Notes: generated from the sequence alone by a model not told the origin. A stretch of DNA of 64,000 bases from the human T2T-CHM13v2.0 reference genome, Homo sapiens (GCF_009914755.1 NC_060947.1), one strand, 5' to 3'; numbered from the stretch's first letter, positions 41,055 through 57,070 are shown. Numbers and translations are program-made.

Positions 41055-42309
41055 CTGTATAAAAATGTTCTTGTTTAATCCCCTCAATGACTATAATGGC
41101 TTTATTATCTCATTTTATAGTTGAACAAATTGTGGCTCAGAGAGTTTCAGTAACTTGTGCAAGGCCATACAACTAGAGATTGCAAGACAGGTCTGTGTGG
41201 CTGACATTTGACCCCACTCTGGCCTTCATTGTCTTTACATTTGTTGGCCAAGGGACTATGGAAACCCACATTCATCCTTCTGCTGTTCAGAGGACCTCAC
41301 TTATACTTATTCTCAGAGGGAGGTGAGATTCTGGAAGTGAAGTCATGAGCAGAGTTTTCCCACAGGTTCTGGTAAGCTGTTGCTTCTGAAAGGAGGTATG
41401 CATGTTGGCTAGTGCTATGGAGGGTGTCAATGTCCTTGGACTGGCAGAAGTTCTGGAGAGTGGTGAACTTTCTCAGGTAACCTCCTCTCTCAGGCTCCTT
41501 AGGTCCACACTGACAATCTGGCTGGGTTACCTATGGCATGAGGAAAGCCATACCCAGTTCAGCAAGAAACCTAGCGTCCTAGTTTTCTGCAGAAAACCCT
41601 GGAAGTCACGTTGCTGCTGCAGCTGAGGCTTCTGACTCTGGATTTTGGTGATTGATGACGAGAAATGGGATGACTGCAGATGGGCAGTCCTGGATAGGTA
41701 ATGGGCATCCTGCAGGTAATGGGCATCCTGCAGAAGGGAAGTTAGCAAGCAGCCAGGTTCTGGGCTGGCTCGGTTTTATCCATGGCGTGGCTTCTTTCAG
41801 ATTTCCGTTGATTAGCCCTCTTGAGAACAGTGGCAGCTTGGCTACTCCATGGCAGCCCGAGGTGTCTCCCAGGACAGGCTGGTTGCTAGGCATCCTGAGG
41901 TAGTGGCTGCCATGAGAACTGCAGGCAGCCCAAGCTGCGCTGTGCTCAGCACTCCGGGGCTTCTGAGAGCCCTGCTCTGACCATCTGATATACCAGGAAG
42001 GTGTGTTTCTTGTTGAGGGAGAGGAGGACATACCCCAGAGGCTGATAGACTTTTAGGCTGCACATGTCTTGTGTTCCTCCCTGTGGGGAGCTCCAGGAAG
42101 TTCTTCTGGCAGGCTGGGTAGGAGGCTTCCCTGTGGGAGTTCATAACATCACATCTACACTTTTATTCCTGCATTTATCTTGGTAAGTTGAAATGATCTA
42201 CCAATGAAGTTAAGGACAGATCACTAGAGGAGGATGGGGAGTCAGTGTCCCCAGCACCTAGAATAGTGCCTGGATCACACAATCAATGGAGACTTATTTG
42301 TGGAGCTGA

Positions 42310-43640
42310 GAGGGCTGCTGTCAGAGACTCAGGTTCCTTCCGTCTTCCTGATCTGCTTCCGTCCTCACAAGCAGTCGCAAGATGGCTGATCTGTTTTTAT
42401 ACCTCACGTCCACATTACAGACAGTAAGAACAAAAAATTGAGACAGAAAAAAAGATGGCCTTTTATTGTATAAGCAAGGCTTTTCCAGAAATCCCTGACA
42501 GGTTAGTGTCACACGGCTATCTCTAAGCAGCAAGGGAGTTTGGGGAAATATATGTTTTCACCTGGGCTTGTTGCCCTCTTAAACAAAATCAGGATTCTTT
42601 TAGCCTGTATGAGAATGTATTAGTTTTCCAGGGCTCCCATAACAAAGTATCCCAAACTTAAATGGCAGAAATGCATTGTCTCACAATTCTGGAGGCTAAC
42701 AGTCTGAAATCAAGGTATTAGCAGGGTTGGTTCCTTCTGAAGGCTGTGCGGAGAACCTGTTCCATGCCTCTCTCCTAGCTCCTGGTAGTTTCGGGGCAAT
42801 CTTTGGTATCCTTCGGTTTGTAGGTGCATCACCTGATCATCACCTTCACTTTCACATGATGTTCTCCCTCAGGACATGTCTGTCTCTGTGTCCAAATTTC
42901 TCCTTTTTATAAGGACGTAATCATATTGGATTAGGGCTCCTCCCAATGACCTCATTTTAACTTGATCATCTGCAAAGACTTTATTTCCAAATAAGGTACA
43001 TTCACAGATACTGCAGGTTAGGATTTCAACATCTTTTGGGAGAGCACAATTCAACATATAATAGGAAGTTTTAAAACACAGCCTTCAAAATCTTTGATAC
43101 TCCTGTTATCAGGAGGTGATGTCTATGCCCCTTCCCTTGAATCTGATTGCTTGTGATTGTGTCGACTAATAGTGTTTGGTGGAAGTGACTTCCGAAACTA
43201 GGACATAGAAGGCCTTGCAGCTTCTGCTTGACTTTCTTGGGACACTCTGGAAGAAGCCAGTTGCCATATTAGAAGTCTGAACATCTTGAGGCTGCCATCC
43301 TGGAGATGCCACACGTAGGTGCTCTAGACAACATCCCCAGCTGAGCTCCTGGCCAGTAGCAGTGTCAATGCCAGCCTATGTGTGTGCCATCTCGGATATC
43401 CAGTCCAGTTGAGCCACCAGAGGACTACAGCTCCAGCTGGCATGTGACTGCAACCCCATGAGAAACCCCAAGCAAGGACTACTTATATAAGCCCTTCTCA
43501 AATTCCTGAACCACAAAGTTATGAACAAAAGCAAATGGTTGTTTTTAAGTCACTTGTTTGACAAGTTGTTGCACAGCAATAGAAAGCTAGAATAATCAGT
43601 AAGAAGGAGAAAATGAATTTTGATCAGCCAAGAAGAGTAG
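42310..43640. mobile_element. Stack of MaLR LTRs: old MLT1K-like, MLT1B/C-like (42617-43062), MLT1G/H-like (43065-43595)
   Basis: caggttccttcc..caagatggctg..aacaaaatcaggattc; tgtattagtttt..aatgacctcattttaacttga; aaatctttgatactcct..aaatggttgtttttaagtcac. Confidence 0.75.
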
Positions 43641-44549
43641 TGGGGCCTCTGAGATTCAGGGAGAATTCTCATCAGGAGGATGGCCCCCATGAACCCCCTT
43701 GCCAGAGGTTTTGTATTTTTAAGTTTCCACTGGTGTTAGGACTCCCTCCTTCATGCTGAGATACTTGGTTGAGTGTTGATAATGGTAATGTCATCTAATT
43801 GTTAAAATAATTATCTTCAAGGGAGAAATTACATCAGAGCTTATCACTTATCACTGTTAACTGGTGTAATGAAGGTGGTGGTCCCTGGCTTGCCCTATCA
43901 ATAGGCTGCTTTGCCTGAACTGAGAAAGAATTGTCCTTGGAAAATGCAGTTCTAGCTTGTATAACTTGTTTCACCAAGGGGCAGGTACCTCCCCCTCCCC
44001 CATTTTACAGGCAAAGGCACTAGGAGAGGGTCTTCTGCAAGACCCTGAATTCTACAGCATAGTTCTCAGTTTCCCAGTTTATTCTGGGGGCCCCAGAGCC
44101 AGACTCTGCCTCTCAAATGATTGGTGAAATAGAGGCTTGTCTTATGATAGAATTTTCTGAATGTCCTTATGGTCATTCTGTGCTGAACAGCTCACCTGTG
44201 GGTGGCTGTTCTGCTTCTGGTGTCCAAAATCCCACTGCTTTTCTGTGTGCTTTGCCAGATCTCAGGACTTGTCATTTCTCTTTTAGACCTCCTTCATACC
44301 ATGCCTAAGCTAAATCCTTGCTTGGGGTTGACCTTTATTGCATTTCTCTTGGCTTCTTCAAATTCACCTTTATGCTTTGAGCAATCTCCTCAACAGCAGT
44401 TGCCAAGCAACTTCTTTTCCTTTCTATAGATTCCTCCTAAAATTCCATCTGTTTCATCAAGCCCTTTGCTCAGCCATGCTGCTGCTTTCTAGTTTGCACT
44501 GTGTTGAAACTATAGATTAAAAACCAAAGTTATGCTATGTGGAGCAGGG

Positions 44550-44690
44550 TTTAGGGTGGTCAGGGCACAGGCTTTGGAGTCAGAGAGGTCTATGTTCAAA
44601 TTCTGGCTCTGCTACATGTTAGCTGTGTGACATTAAGTAAGTTATTTAACTTTCCAAACCTCAATTTCCTTGTCTGTAAAATGGGTATAG
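44550..44690 (+). mobile_element. MIR fragment
   Basis: ggctttggagtcaga...ttcaaattctggctctgc...ctcaatttccttgtctgtaaaatggg. Confidence 0.75.
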
Positions 44691-44694
44691 CAAA

Positions 44695-45990
44695 TTACAT
44701 TTTCCAATGATGACCACAACAATTTCTCCCATTTCACATGCTCTTCTAGAACCTTCTTACTCAAGAGATGGGTTCTATGTCCCTTTCTTTTGAATCTGGA
44801 CAAGTTCATGACTTGCCTGTAACCAGTTGAATGCAGTGGAAATAATGCTGCATGACTTTAGAAGTCAGATCAGGAAAGGTGATACAGCTTCTGCCTTCCT
44901 GGATGGAACACTCACACTGGAGCCCTGAGCAGCCATGAAAGTTGCCTGGCTGCCCAGAGCCCACTAGACTGTGAGGAAGCCCACATGAGCTCATGTGAGA
45001 AACCATATGGAGAAGCTCTGAAAATATACTTGATTCTTATTATTCACAGCTTCTGTATTTGCAAATCTGCCTAGTCACTAAAATTTATTTGTAATCCGAA
45101 ATCAATACATGCTGTACTTTCAAGGTTATCTGTAGACATGTGTAGAGTGGTGAATGATTTGAGTCACCTGATGTGCACATTCTGAGCTGAGATCAAACAA
45201 GATGATACCCTGCCTTCTTATATCAGCTCTCATACTATAAACAGGTGACATTTTCAAAGTCTATTTAGTCGTATTTTTTGCATTTTGTACTTTTAGTTGG
45301 TGATTTTGCTGTTGAAAATGGCCCCCAAGCATAATGCTGGAGTACTGTCTAGTGTTTCTGAGCTCAGGAAGAGAGTGCTGTGCTTTACGGAGAAAATACA
45401 TATGTTCGATAAACTTTGCTCTGCCATGAGTTATAGTTCTGTTGACTGTGAATCCAATGTTAATGAATTAACAATATATATTTTGTGTATCTATCTATCT
45501 ATCTATAAAATAAAGTGTCTTTAACAGAAACATACACTAAACAAGGTTATGTATTGATCACTTGATGAAAACATTGTGACCAGGGACTTGCAGGAACCTA
45601 ATCCTGTATTTCCCCTAGGAATGATGGTTGGGTATTTGCTCATTTAGTGTTCAAGGTGACTTTATAGAACATAACTACCACAAATAATGAGAATAGACTA
45701 TACATGAACAGAGAGAGATGCTCAGTCAGCCCCTGGTTTCTGAGTTCAGAAGAGCTGAAACTGACTCCTGCAGTTCCAGCTCAGTCACTGTATGACTGTG
45801 ACTACTTGAAAGACCCCGAGCTAGACAGCCCAGGAGAGCCACTTAAATTATTGACCATCAGAAACTGTACCTTATAATCATTTTATCTTTAAACAAAAAT
45901 ACTTTTAATATTTTGTTATCTTTATTTATATAGCTATACTGTTCATACTTTTTGTTACTATTAAAAATGTTTTAAGCTGTAATAGTAACC
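44695..45990 (+). mobile_element. MLT1H-like LTR interrupted by MER82
   Basis: ttccaatgatgaccacaacaatttctccc...gctgcatgactt...aggaagcccaca; resumes gagagagatgctcagtcagccc. Confidence 0.65.
45029..45700 (-). mobile_element. MER82 (Tigger family) DNA transposon
   Basis: Inverted ends ttgattcttattattc / aataatgagaatagact; aaaatggcccccaagc..caggaacctaatcctgtatttcccctagga. Confidence 0.8.
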
Positions 45991-47967
45991 GGAATAATGG
46001 AATCAACAATGTATCCCTCACAGGGTAGGTGGGAGGATTACATGAGACATCATTAGATCATGTTGAAAGGGCTAAACGTTGCTAAGTTCCAAGTACTTCA
46101 CGACCATTAATATTATGAGTCTTCTGTATTAGCCTTTATTTTATAGAAACACGATTATTACAGTTGGAAAGAGGCTTTAAAGATCACCCAGGCTAATCTC
46201 TGTATTTTTTGAGCAAGAGAACAGAGGTGCAGAGAGGGGAAATTGTCTGCACATAGAAAGTTGATGCCAGAATATGAATTAGAAGCAAGGCTCTTCCTCT
46301 GTGCTGAATAGAAAACCCTTTTAACTGTTTTTTTGCATGTTTCAACTGTAGATGTGCCTTAGTTATTGACAAAGCCAAGTAGAATCTTAATTCAAATACA
46401 CAGTAAACTTGAAGGATAATTCATCCCTTTGGTCCTAGAATCACAGGCGAGATGATCTTTTATTATCTGTCTGCACAAAAGAGGGTTGTTGTGGGGGATG
46501 AAAATTGTGCCATGGGATAAACCTTAGTAGATACCAATGTTACTGGTTTTAGATTAAAACCTGAATAAGGGCTTGGTCCCTGCATGGCAGCTTCCAGCAC
46601 ACAGTGACTGGCTAGGCATCGACTGCTGAAAGAGCAAGCAGATTTTGAAAGTGTTTGGGGTGAGGGAGGTGGTGATGTCTGTAACCATGGTCTTAAAAAA
46701 CTCTTGATTTCAGATCCTGTTGACAGTAGCTGGTATTTGACCCTAATTTCTATTATGTACTAGAAACGAAGTGTTTCTGGTGTGATTCTGAGAGTCACTT
46801 TTTGCCCTGTATTTTCTGGGTAATGACGTGTCATCTCTGATGACACAAAATAACACCAATAAAAACTTCCAAATACTTATGCCTGTGGGCTCTAGGCCAG
46901 GCTGGTGAGTAGTGACAGGGAGCTATGCATAGGGCCCCAGTCTAGAGTTAAGGATTTCTCACCATCACAAAGGAAATGAGGGGCTCAGGGTCAGCGTGAG
47001 GAGGAGGGCTTTCATTCACCCTTGCCCTTTACTAAATATCTGTCCCTTTAAAGGTACTTAGGCCTATAAATGTATATCTCACCTACTGCATTTACTAATG
47101 AATCTTCTCTCTTTGCATAATTGCTATAATCTATCATTTTGAGAATAAAATGGAAAGATTATAATTTTGATGTAACAAAATGTCATTTTGTAGAAACTTG
47201 AAAAGTATCAAAGCCAAATGCAAAGTCAAACCAGTAACTTGGCCATATACTTTGTCTATCTCTGATGACTCAGGAGGCCCTCTGAAGAACTTTAGGAATG
47301 TCCTTCCAGTTCCCTTTATTTGTCTCTGGCTACACAGCTACAGGGACCACCTATAGAAAGTGGTTGCTTTCACCCTACTTCTTCACCCACAGCCAGAAAT
47401 GTTCGTATTCTTTCTGTGTCCTTGGGGATGGAACCTCGAAACTGTTGTAAGCCAGAACTTAAATTTGCTTCCAAGAATGAATGAAAGACAGATTACATCT
47501 CTTTCCTTTGATCTTTTACATGTTATCGTTTAAGTCTTAGAGAGAAAATTTCCCTTAAAGAAACAGGATGACTTCTAGGTCTATAAACCATCACATAACG
47601 TGTACAGATTGAAGGGATTCCATTATTATGAGTTAATTAATAGTACAACAGATATTTATTTTATGACTCTAAAGAGGGTGTGTACCCACCAGAAGACAAG
47701 TTGGTCCCTTTATGGGCACATAGACAAGGGCATATCACTGAGACTAACAGCAGTTCTTCTCCAAGTGTTGTCCAGGGTAGAGGTTGCCCTATCCCATTGG
47801 GTCCTGGTGGGAAGTAGATCTCAATTGTGTGGACAGAGACCCTTGACACTCTTAACCTCATGGTGCCCACTAGTGATTTCTTTACCCAAAGCCCTTGCCC
47901 AATTCCACATCAAGTAAGCAAACTGTTGATTATAATCTGTTTCCCATGCAGATTTCTTCTAGGGAGA

Positions 47968-48402
47968 TGTTTTAGTCCATTTGTATTGCTATAAAGAAAT
48001 ACCTGAGGCTGAGTAATTTATAAAGAAGACAGGTTTATTTGACTCACAGTTCTTCAGGCTTTACAAGAAGCATGGCCCTTGTATGCGTCTGGGGAGGGCC
48101 TCAGGCTGCTTCCACTCATGGTAGAAGATGAAGGGAAGCTGGCATGTGCACAGGTCACATGGAAAGACAGGAAGCAAGAGAGAGACTGGGGAGGTGCCAG
48201 GCTCTTTTTAACAATCAGTTCTTGTGGGAACTAATTGAGTAAGAACTCCTTCCCCACTCCCTCCAGGGAGGGCATTAATCTATTCATAAGGGATCTGCCC
48301 CCATGCCCTAAACACTTCCCATTAGCCCCACCTCCAATGTTATGGATCAAATTTCAACATGATGTTTGGCGAGGACAAACAATCCATATCCAAACTACAG
48401 CA
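47968..48402 (-). mobile_element. MSTA/MSTB-like MaLR solo LTR
   Basis: ttagtccatttgtattgctataaagaaatacctgaggctg...caaatttcaacatga...atccaaactacagca. Confidence 0.88.
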
Positions 48403-48707
48403 GGAAAGAATGCAGTGAAGGCAAGAGTCCAGCCCCACCTGAGGACAGATTTTCTTTTTAAAATAAATCAGTAATCTGGCATTCCAATTTTACATACCAA
48501 TTTCACTGAGGGATTTGGTTAATGAGAGTCTATCATGGAGAGACAAGTCCACAAACCCTTCCTGGAGGTGCCACTGAGTAGCACTGGGTAGGACAAATAG
48601 AGGTAAAGCAAGAAAACTTGTCAGGACCCACACTTTTGGGAGTATTCATATACACTGAAAAAGGACCCAAAGATGTTATGTAGGAAGTTCAACAAGATGA
48701 CCGATTA

Positions 48708-48708
<1 letters not shown>

Positions 48709-48752
<44 letters not shown>
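48709..48752. repeat. (TG)n microsatellite, ~22 units
   Basis: Perfect TG run. Confidence 0.95.
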
Positions 48753-48753
<1 letters not shown>

Positions 48754-49509
48754 AAGTGCAGAGAAGATGGCACTGGGCAGATATAGGGGCCCACTTTTGT
48801 AAGCTCTAGCTCAGCATTTTTCATGGTATAGTCCCAATCTACTGAAACAGAATCTTTTGGTTTGGGGCCTGGAAATTTGTGTTTTCATCAAGCTTCTATG
48901 TGATTCTGATGCCCATTCAAGTTTGAGAACCACTACCGTGGTCCATGTTATCTTTGTTCAATTCTCTCTTCCTCCATGTCAGTGTGAGAAATAATGAGTA
49001 AAAAGATAACATTATGGGTCTAAGTCTAATTCCTCTTATTTCTGTAGTTAAGATAAGCAGAGGTCCCCCAAGAAATGAATTTTCCATGAACTCACATCCC
49101 AGTGCCAAATAAACTAGCTTCTAAAATTTTTAGCACTTTGGTTCAAATATCCATTAGATAATGAATTAATTTGGGGGAACAAGTGTTGGAATGAAGAGAG
49201 ACAGCCATAGATGTAAGGTTTAAAGGGGTGTTCAAACATTTTATTCTCAAAAATGAGATTTTATGGCCTTAAACAACTGTTTATTACATTAGCATTTACT
49301 TAGAACATATGGTATTCTTTGCATCAAAGACTACTTAGAAAAGTGTGACTGGGGGAACCTTATCTTTCTTTATACCTTTTCAGCATCTTTCTTTGCCCTC
49401 CTGGTTTTGGCTCCAGGGTTCTCATGCTGGTCCCTGATGACTCAGTCTGTCTTGACACCTCAAATTGCCTTTGGTACAGACTTAGCTTTCTCTCATCAAA
49501 ACTTACCTG

Positions 49510-49875
49510 TTGCTATGAGCTGTATGTTTCTGTCACCTCAAAATTTCGATGTTGGAATCCTAACCCTCAATGTGATGATATTAAGAGGGGAGGCCTTTGG
49601 GAGGTGACTAGATCATGAGGGTGGAGCCCTCATGAATGAGATATGTGCCCTTATAAAGAAGCCCGAGGGAGCTTGTTTATCCCTTCCACCATCTGAGGAC
49701 ACAGTGAGAAGATAGCCATCTATAAACCAGGAATCAGGCCCTCACAAGACACAGAACCTGACCATGCAGGCACCCTGATCTCCGACTTCAGCCTCCAGAC
49801 TGTGAGAAATAAATTTCTGTTGTCTATAAGCTACCCAGTCTCTGATTTGTTCTTATAGTGAGCTGACCAAGACAC
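49510..49875 (+). mobile_element. MLT1A0-like MaLR solo LTR
   Basis: tgctatgagctgtatgttt...atcctaaccctcaatgtgat...gactgtgagaaataaatttctgttg...ccaagaca. Confidence 0.85.
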
Positions 49876-50994
49876 TTGTGTTGAATTTCATGCTTGCTAC
49901 TCAACCAGTTGTCTCTCTAGAAAGCAATCTGACTAATTTATCCATGCCAAAGTGTTGATACAGGATAATAGCTTTGAAGGCATTCCTAAGGACTCTTTTG
50001 GGTCTAATCTGTCAAATCAGGTGAAATGTGTTTCTAATGGAGGTGTCTAAGGCATCATAGAAGGAAAGAGAGGGGAAACTATTTGGGCAGGTAGACCTTC
50101 TTAGGATTCCTAAAATAATACCATGGAGTAGACTAATCTGATTAATTTTAAGGACAGTCTTCCCTAATTCTGAGGTTAGGAGGGGATAGTATAAGGATTT
50201 TGAATACACCTGGAGACTGAAAGCCAAGTAAAATAGGTGATTAAACCCCCCCAAAGAACATATGTAGAATTCATTACAATTTAACAAAAACCATCTAGCG
50301 ACTATCACCCCCAGCAGCATATTTGAGATGACACTAGAAATTCTAGAAGGGGATTTAAGGAAACACTAAGTGCTTGGCTTTTCTCCAGCCATTCCAGTGT
50401 CTTCTTGGGCTGGAACAAAAGCACTCTCATGCTGCTCTTGAGAGAGATGTATATGCCTCCCTTGGAATTTAGAAGTACTGGGGATCAAAGAGACTGACGC
50501 CTGCTTCTCACCTGGGGAAGTCTAAAGGGAAAGGTTGGCTAAGGAAGCCACAAGAGCAGTGCAAAGGTAGGGGGCCCAGACAGGTGAGTATTCTTGCCAC
50601 TTAGTAGGCAGGATGCAGTTCCTGGGGGCCAAGAGGACTGTGGGCAAGGTAGCTGGAGTCATCTTTCAGGGACCCTATCCAAGAGAGTGGCCTGCTGGGG
50701 CAAGGGGATCCTGGAAATAAGAGGCTTCAGGTTTTCTTTTGGGTGCAAAAGCTGAGGAGCTCAGAACTGATCAGTTAGAGTGTGTTATCAGAGTTAGGAA
50801 ACTGCCACCCAGAGCTCCATGCAGACTATTCAAAGAGCACATTCCCCTTGCATCTGCATCCCTTAGAAAAACCAGTACTTGAATGGTTGCTATGACAGAG
50901 GCATGTTACAATAGCACCATTGAAATGAGATATTGCCTCGTCCAATAATTTTTCTATTTCAGAGAAGCAAGCATAATATGGAAGAAGGGGTAGT

Positions 50995-51580
50995 ATATCA
51001 ACATGGGTCCCATGAGAAGAGCAGAATTACTATGAGTGACATAGAATGAGTGATCTGTTATAGGAATTAGACCTTACACATTGTGGGAACTGGTAGAGAA
51101 ATCTGTGTGCAACTGTTGCTCTGTGTCTGCTGTTGGGGCCGATGTCTTTATAGGTCAGCCAGGCCAGATGGTCAGGAAAGGCAACTGGATATGAAAGTGA
51201 GAGACAGCAAGGACAAATTGGAACATGTGAGGTCAAATTGGAACTTTCAGCTCCCTCAACTCTAATGAAAAGGGTGACCTGTGGGAGAAGCTGGCACTGT
51301 CTGCTATAGAGCAGCACACATGCCTGGCCCAGGACTTAGAGAAGCTAAAGGAGAGGATCTCATTGGAGTTGGAGAAACTGTGGGCCTGGGTGCTGCCCAC
51401 ACCAACAAGGGGAATAAGCAGATCAGCAGCAATGTCTGCAAGCTGGCTGCAGTGCCTGGCACTCTGCTTCTACCTTCAGAGCACAAAATGGTGATTCCTT
51501 CACTTTTGTCTAGTGCAAATTTCTCTTGTGCTCCACCCTAACTCATGGGAAATGTAGTTTCAGTTTAGCTAAGTGGCTGA
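50995..51580 (-). mobile_element. LTR41-like ERVL LTR
   Basis: gttataggaattagaccttacacattgtggga...gggaaatgtagtttcag. Confidence 0.5.
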
Positions 51581-54500
51581 ACCATGCAAGAAAGTGTAGA
51601 AGGAACTGTTAAGGTTTCTGATCCCTAAAATAAGTTCTCTGAGCCAGGGGTCAGGCCTGAGCCAGGGAAAGGGGAGAAGCTTTGAATTGGATATGAAATT
51701 GAAGTATTGACTTAGATTAGAGTTTGGAATACCAAAATGGGACTTCTTAAATTGGCCTAAAGGTCACAAGATTTGTTTAAGATGCTTTCAGGAGGCAGGG
51801 AGACTTGGTTGACGTAACAAGGTTAAAAGGAGTGATGGAAAATACAGCCACTTCCTATTTATACCCAGTCAAGTTCAGCCTTTTAAATAAACCAGTTCCA
51901 CAGGCGTTTAACTTGTGCAAATTTCACTACATGCATTGCTACACTCTTCCATCTTAATCTTTCTGTCTGTCCCACATAATTTAAAATACTTGAAATTATA
52001 TTTTGCATCTACCCTTTATTAAATATTCTCCATCACTGTGTACTTTAAATGTACATATAGAAATACATATTACTATGCAGGGTTGCACTGTATATACAAA
52101 ACTACCTATATTGTTTATTGTGGACAATGTAAAGTGCTTTTCAAAGGTTATTTTCACAGTATGGAATTTTTACTTTGTGTTCTTATTGTAGAAATTAATA
52201 CTCCGTATAAAATGAAGCTGTGGCTCTTCTATTCCCCAAACTTCAGGGACAAAAGGGGATAAGATGAAGAGATCACATGGCTTTAAAACTTATTGATGTT
52301 TCTAGCATATCTAGTTCATCCTGTCCCTTCTGGATCATCCAGTCCCTTCTAGCACATCCAGTCCATTCAGTCTCTTCTGAATGTTTTCACATTATGAAAT
52401 TATAGCATGTTAAAGATGAAAGAGACCTTAAAAGTCACATTAGTCACCCCTCATTCTAGGAGAAGGAATCCAGTCATTAGAGGGGTGATGTGTCCAGGAT
52501 CACATGATACCTGGGTGGCAGGTCCAGAACTAGAACCCAGTGTTCCCATATTAAAATTGACTTTGCCTTCCCTATTGCATCTCCATCTTATGAGTCTCTT
52601 TAGCAGGCACTGTGAGCCTGACATGGTTTCAAGCCATCTAGGGACAGAGGGTCCCCACAACTTGGGCCAAGCCATTGTCCTTTGTACATTCTGGGACAGA
52701 CAGGGATACAGGACTCATCTCAGAAATGACAAGGGCTCTCCTGTTTTAGATCTGGTTTCGCCTTTACTGCAGGTTTCCCAAGGTGGATCAAATCTTTTGT
52801 TCTTCCCATGTGCCCCCTTGTATGCAGCCTGAGCCTCTCCCCTGGGCATGCACACTGCCCACTGCCCTGCTATGGTTCAGGCCCTGGGGCTGAGGCTCAT
52901 TTGATGACCACAGCCAAGGCTGTGGCAGTCAATCATATCAACAGATTGACTGCGAGGGTGTAGTCCCGGCCATGCATGGTCTCTTTTAAACACCATTAGA
53001 CAAGAACTCTGATTCCAGTGGTTTGAACTCACTCTGGAAATCAGCTTTCCCCAAGCCTCCTCAGGCCTCCCTTGAGATTCTGTTCTCAGTGCTCACCTCT
53101 GTAAAGGGTTATAGTCCCATAAGGGTTCTTTGTGAATGAGAATGATCATGTTCGTCTACCCCCTCCATGGCCCATCTGATTCCAGGGGAGATAGCACTTA
53201 TAATCTTTGGGCACTTATGATCTTCAATCCCTTTGGGATGTCAGATACTGAATGCCATTCTTCCCCCATCAGAGGGTTGTCTTGATTTGGTTGCTTTTCC
53301 TTCTAGAGTTTCAAAGCAGGTAAAATGAAGCCTTACTGTGACATTTGGCAACACCACTGCTCAGGTCTTTTTCTGTACCTCAATTGGGAGAGAAAAGCAA
53401 GTGAGATCTCTTGATAGCACCAAATATCTAAGCATTTTGGTTTTAGACAACCACATAAAATCTGAGCTTCTATTTTCTTTGTTGATACTTGCTGCTCACT
53501 GCTGCTCCCCTGACCACAGTGAGTGCTGCTGCTGCATTTCTCAGCCTGAAAGAATTCATTTGCATCCTCCGCTTTCCCTTAAGACAACATAAAAACATAA
53601 CAATGCCCCTACAAAGAGCAGCAATGCCTGTGAGTAGGGGGATTTTTCTACTTCAAATTAGTATCGCATTTTTCCTGTTCAGTTGTTTTTGGCAGCTGAC
53701 CACACTGAGACATCTCAAATAATCGATTAATTGTAGCGAGCTGAAGGTCTCTCTTATGGAACACATATCTGATTCAGGGCTTCTGCTCTTTCTTGCAGCT
53801 CTCACACTGTGATGATGATGTGATTGGCATATAAATCTTCTCTTTCACACTGGAACAGGGAATAAAAGCAGAGCATGCGCCAGGCCCTCAGGTATTATGG
53901 GATAAGAGGAGGCAGCTACAGAGCTGGAATGGAGTGGATCCTGTGTTCCACCAGGGTATTTCCAAGGGTATTTTCCCAGTGTGGGGTGGGGGGAAAAACT
54001 CCAGAGAAGCCACGATTGTCAGGTTGCCCTTTTTGTGTGCTCTGAAGTGTCCTTGAGGGTTTGGGAGGAGGCCAGGGATGATGCCAAATCTATTTCAACA
54101 GATACATGTTTTTATGATGTTTTCCTAAGGCTTATTAGGGGGCTTCAGAAGACACGGGTTCAGTCCTTGATCACAACATCGTATCAACAAGGGCTTAGAC
54201 ATCAGTTTAATAAAAGAGTTGAAAACAAAGACCTTTCCCTGAATCCAGCTGGGAAAGTCCTAACAAAATGTTGATCAGGAAACATCAGTCTTTGAAGGGC
54301 TTTGCCTTCTTTTTTTCTGGGCCTAGGCCACTCAGGCCAAAAGTACTCACCATGTGCCAAGCCCTTGTGTAGAGGCCTGGGAGATGAGGATACAGTATGG
54401 TGCAAGACAGGCATGTTAAGGAGATCTGAAGACATAAAAGAGATTAAAGAAGAAAGATATGGCAATTCCTGGCTCTTTTGGAATGGATCCTTCTGCATAC

Positions 54501-54621
54501 ATATTAAAATTTACACATATATATTACGCTTTATGTATGTTCTCATCCAACAAGCATCTGTGTCCAAACAGCTGAGCATTTTAAACTGCAACTAGATGTT
54601 TCAGATTTTCTATCTTTAGGC

Positions 54622-54810
54622 CAGGGGTTCTTATAGTGGGGTCCCCGAACCAGCAGCATCAGCATGACCGGGAACTTGTTAGAAGTGCAGACTCTCTGGC
54701 CCTAGTCCCAGACCTGCTGAGCCAGAAACTCTGAGGTAAGGCTCAGCACTCTGTGTTTTCACAAGCCTTCCAGGAGATTCTGATGCAGTTCAAGTCTGAA
54801 AACCACCGCT
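54622..54810. mobile_element. MER5A hAT-Charlie element
   Basis: ccagcagcatcagcatgaccgggaacttgttagaa...cccagacctgctgagccagaaactctg...aagtctgaaaaccac. Confidence 0.85.
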
Positions 54811-55000
54811 TTGGTAGAATCTGTGCTCACTGCTTTAAGTGTCAATGTCCTTTACTTGCCTCCAAATAGCAATTAACATGGTCAAATAAAAATCAGGCAC
54901 ATTCCTGACTCTTTGCTTTTGGACTTCCTGTTGCCTTAGCCTGAATTTTTTCCCATTTATGCTTGCTTTCCCTATCTTTCTTTAAAAGAAATCCTTAGCA

Positions 55001-55297
<297 letters not shown>

Positions 55298-55754
55298 TTA
55301 ACATACTCTGTATATTTTATAGATCTTATTTATTATTTGTGTCTCCCAGTAGAATGCGAAAGTCTATGAGTTCAGGATTCCTTGTTTGTTTAATTCAGAT
55401 AATGAAAGAATGAGTGAATGCACTTGGGTGGGCCAACAGAGGACAATTTTCAACACTCCTCCTATCACCTACTTCTTTACTGGACAAAAAGAGCCTACCA
55501 GAGAAATTGGGACCAATATTTAAAATTATTCTCTGTCAGCATGACATTGGCTAAAACCATTACATTTTCTTCTTAAAAACTTATGATTAAAGTTCTTAGG
55601 CAAGTAAATAAATTAACCTCCAATTATGATTCAGTTTGCATGTGATGCTTTAATTTGGATTTTAGGATCAAGTAAATTCTGATATGCTACCTAGCTCTAA
55701 AACATACACCTTTCTTTTCACTTTATTGAATATCATTATCCCAGAACAGTCCCT

Positions 55755-57070
<1,316 letters not shown>

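Noticed and set aside
41400-42150. Cluster of overlapping short ORFs
   Set aside because: No recognisable protein or consistent exon structure; explained by higher GC content.
52300-52372. Degenerate ~19-bp tandem repeats (CRISPR-like?)
   Set aside because: No unique spacers and a eukaryotic context; ordinary decayed minisatellite.
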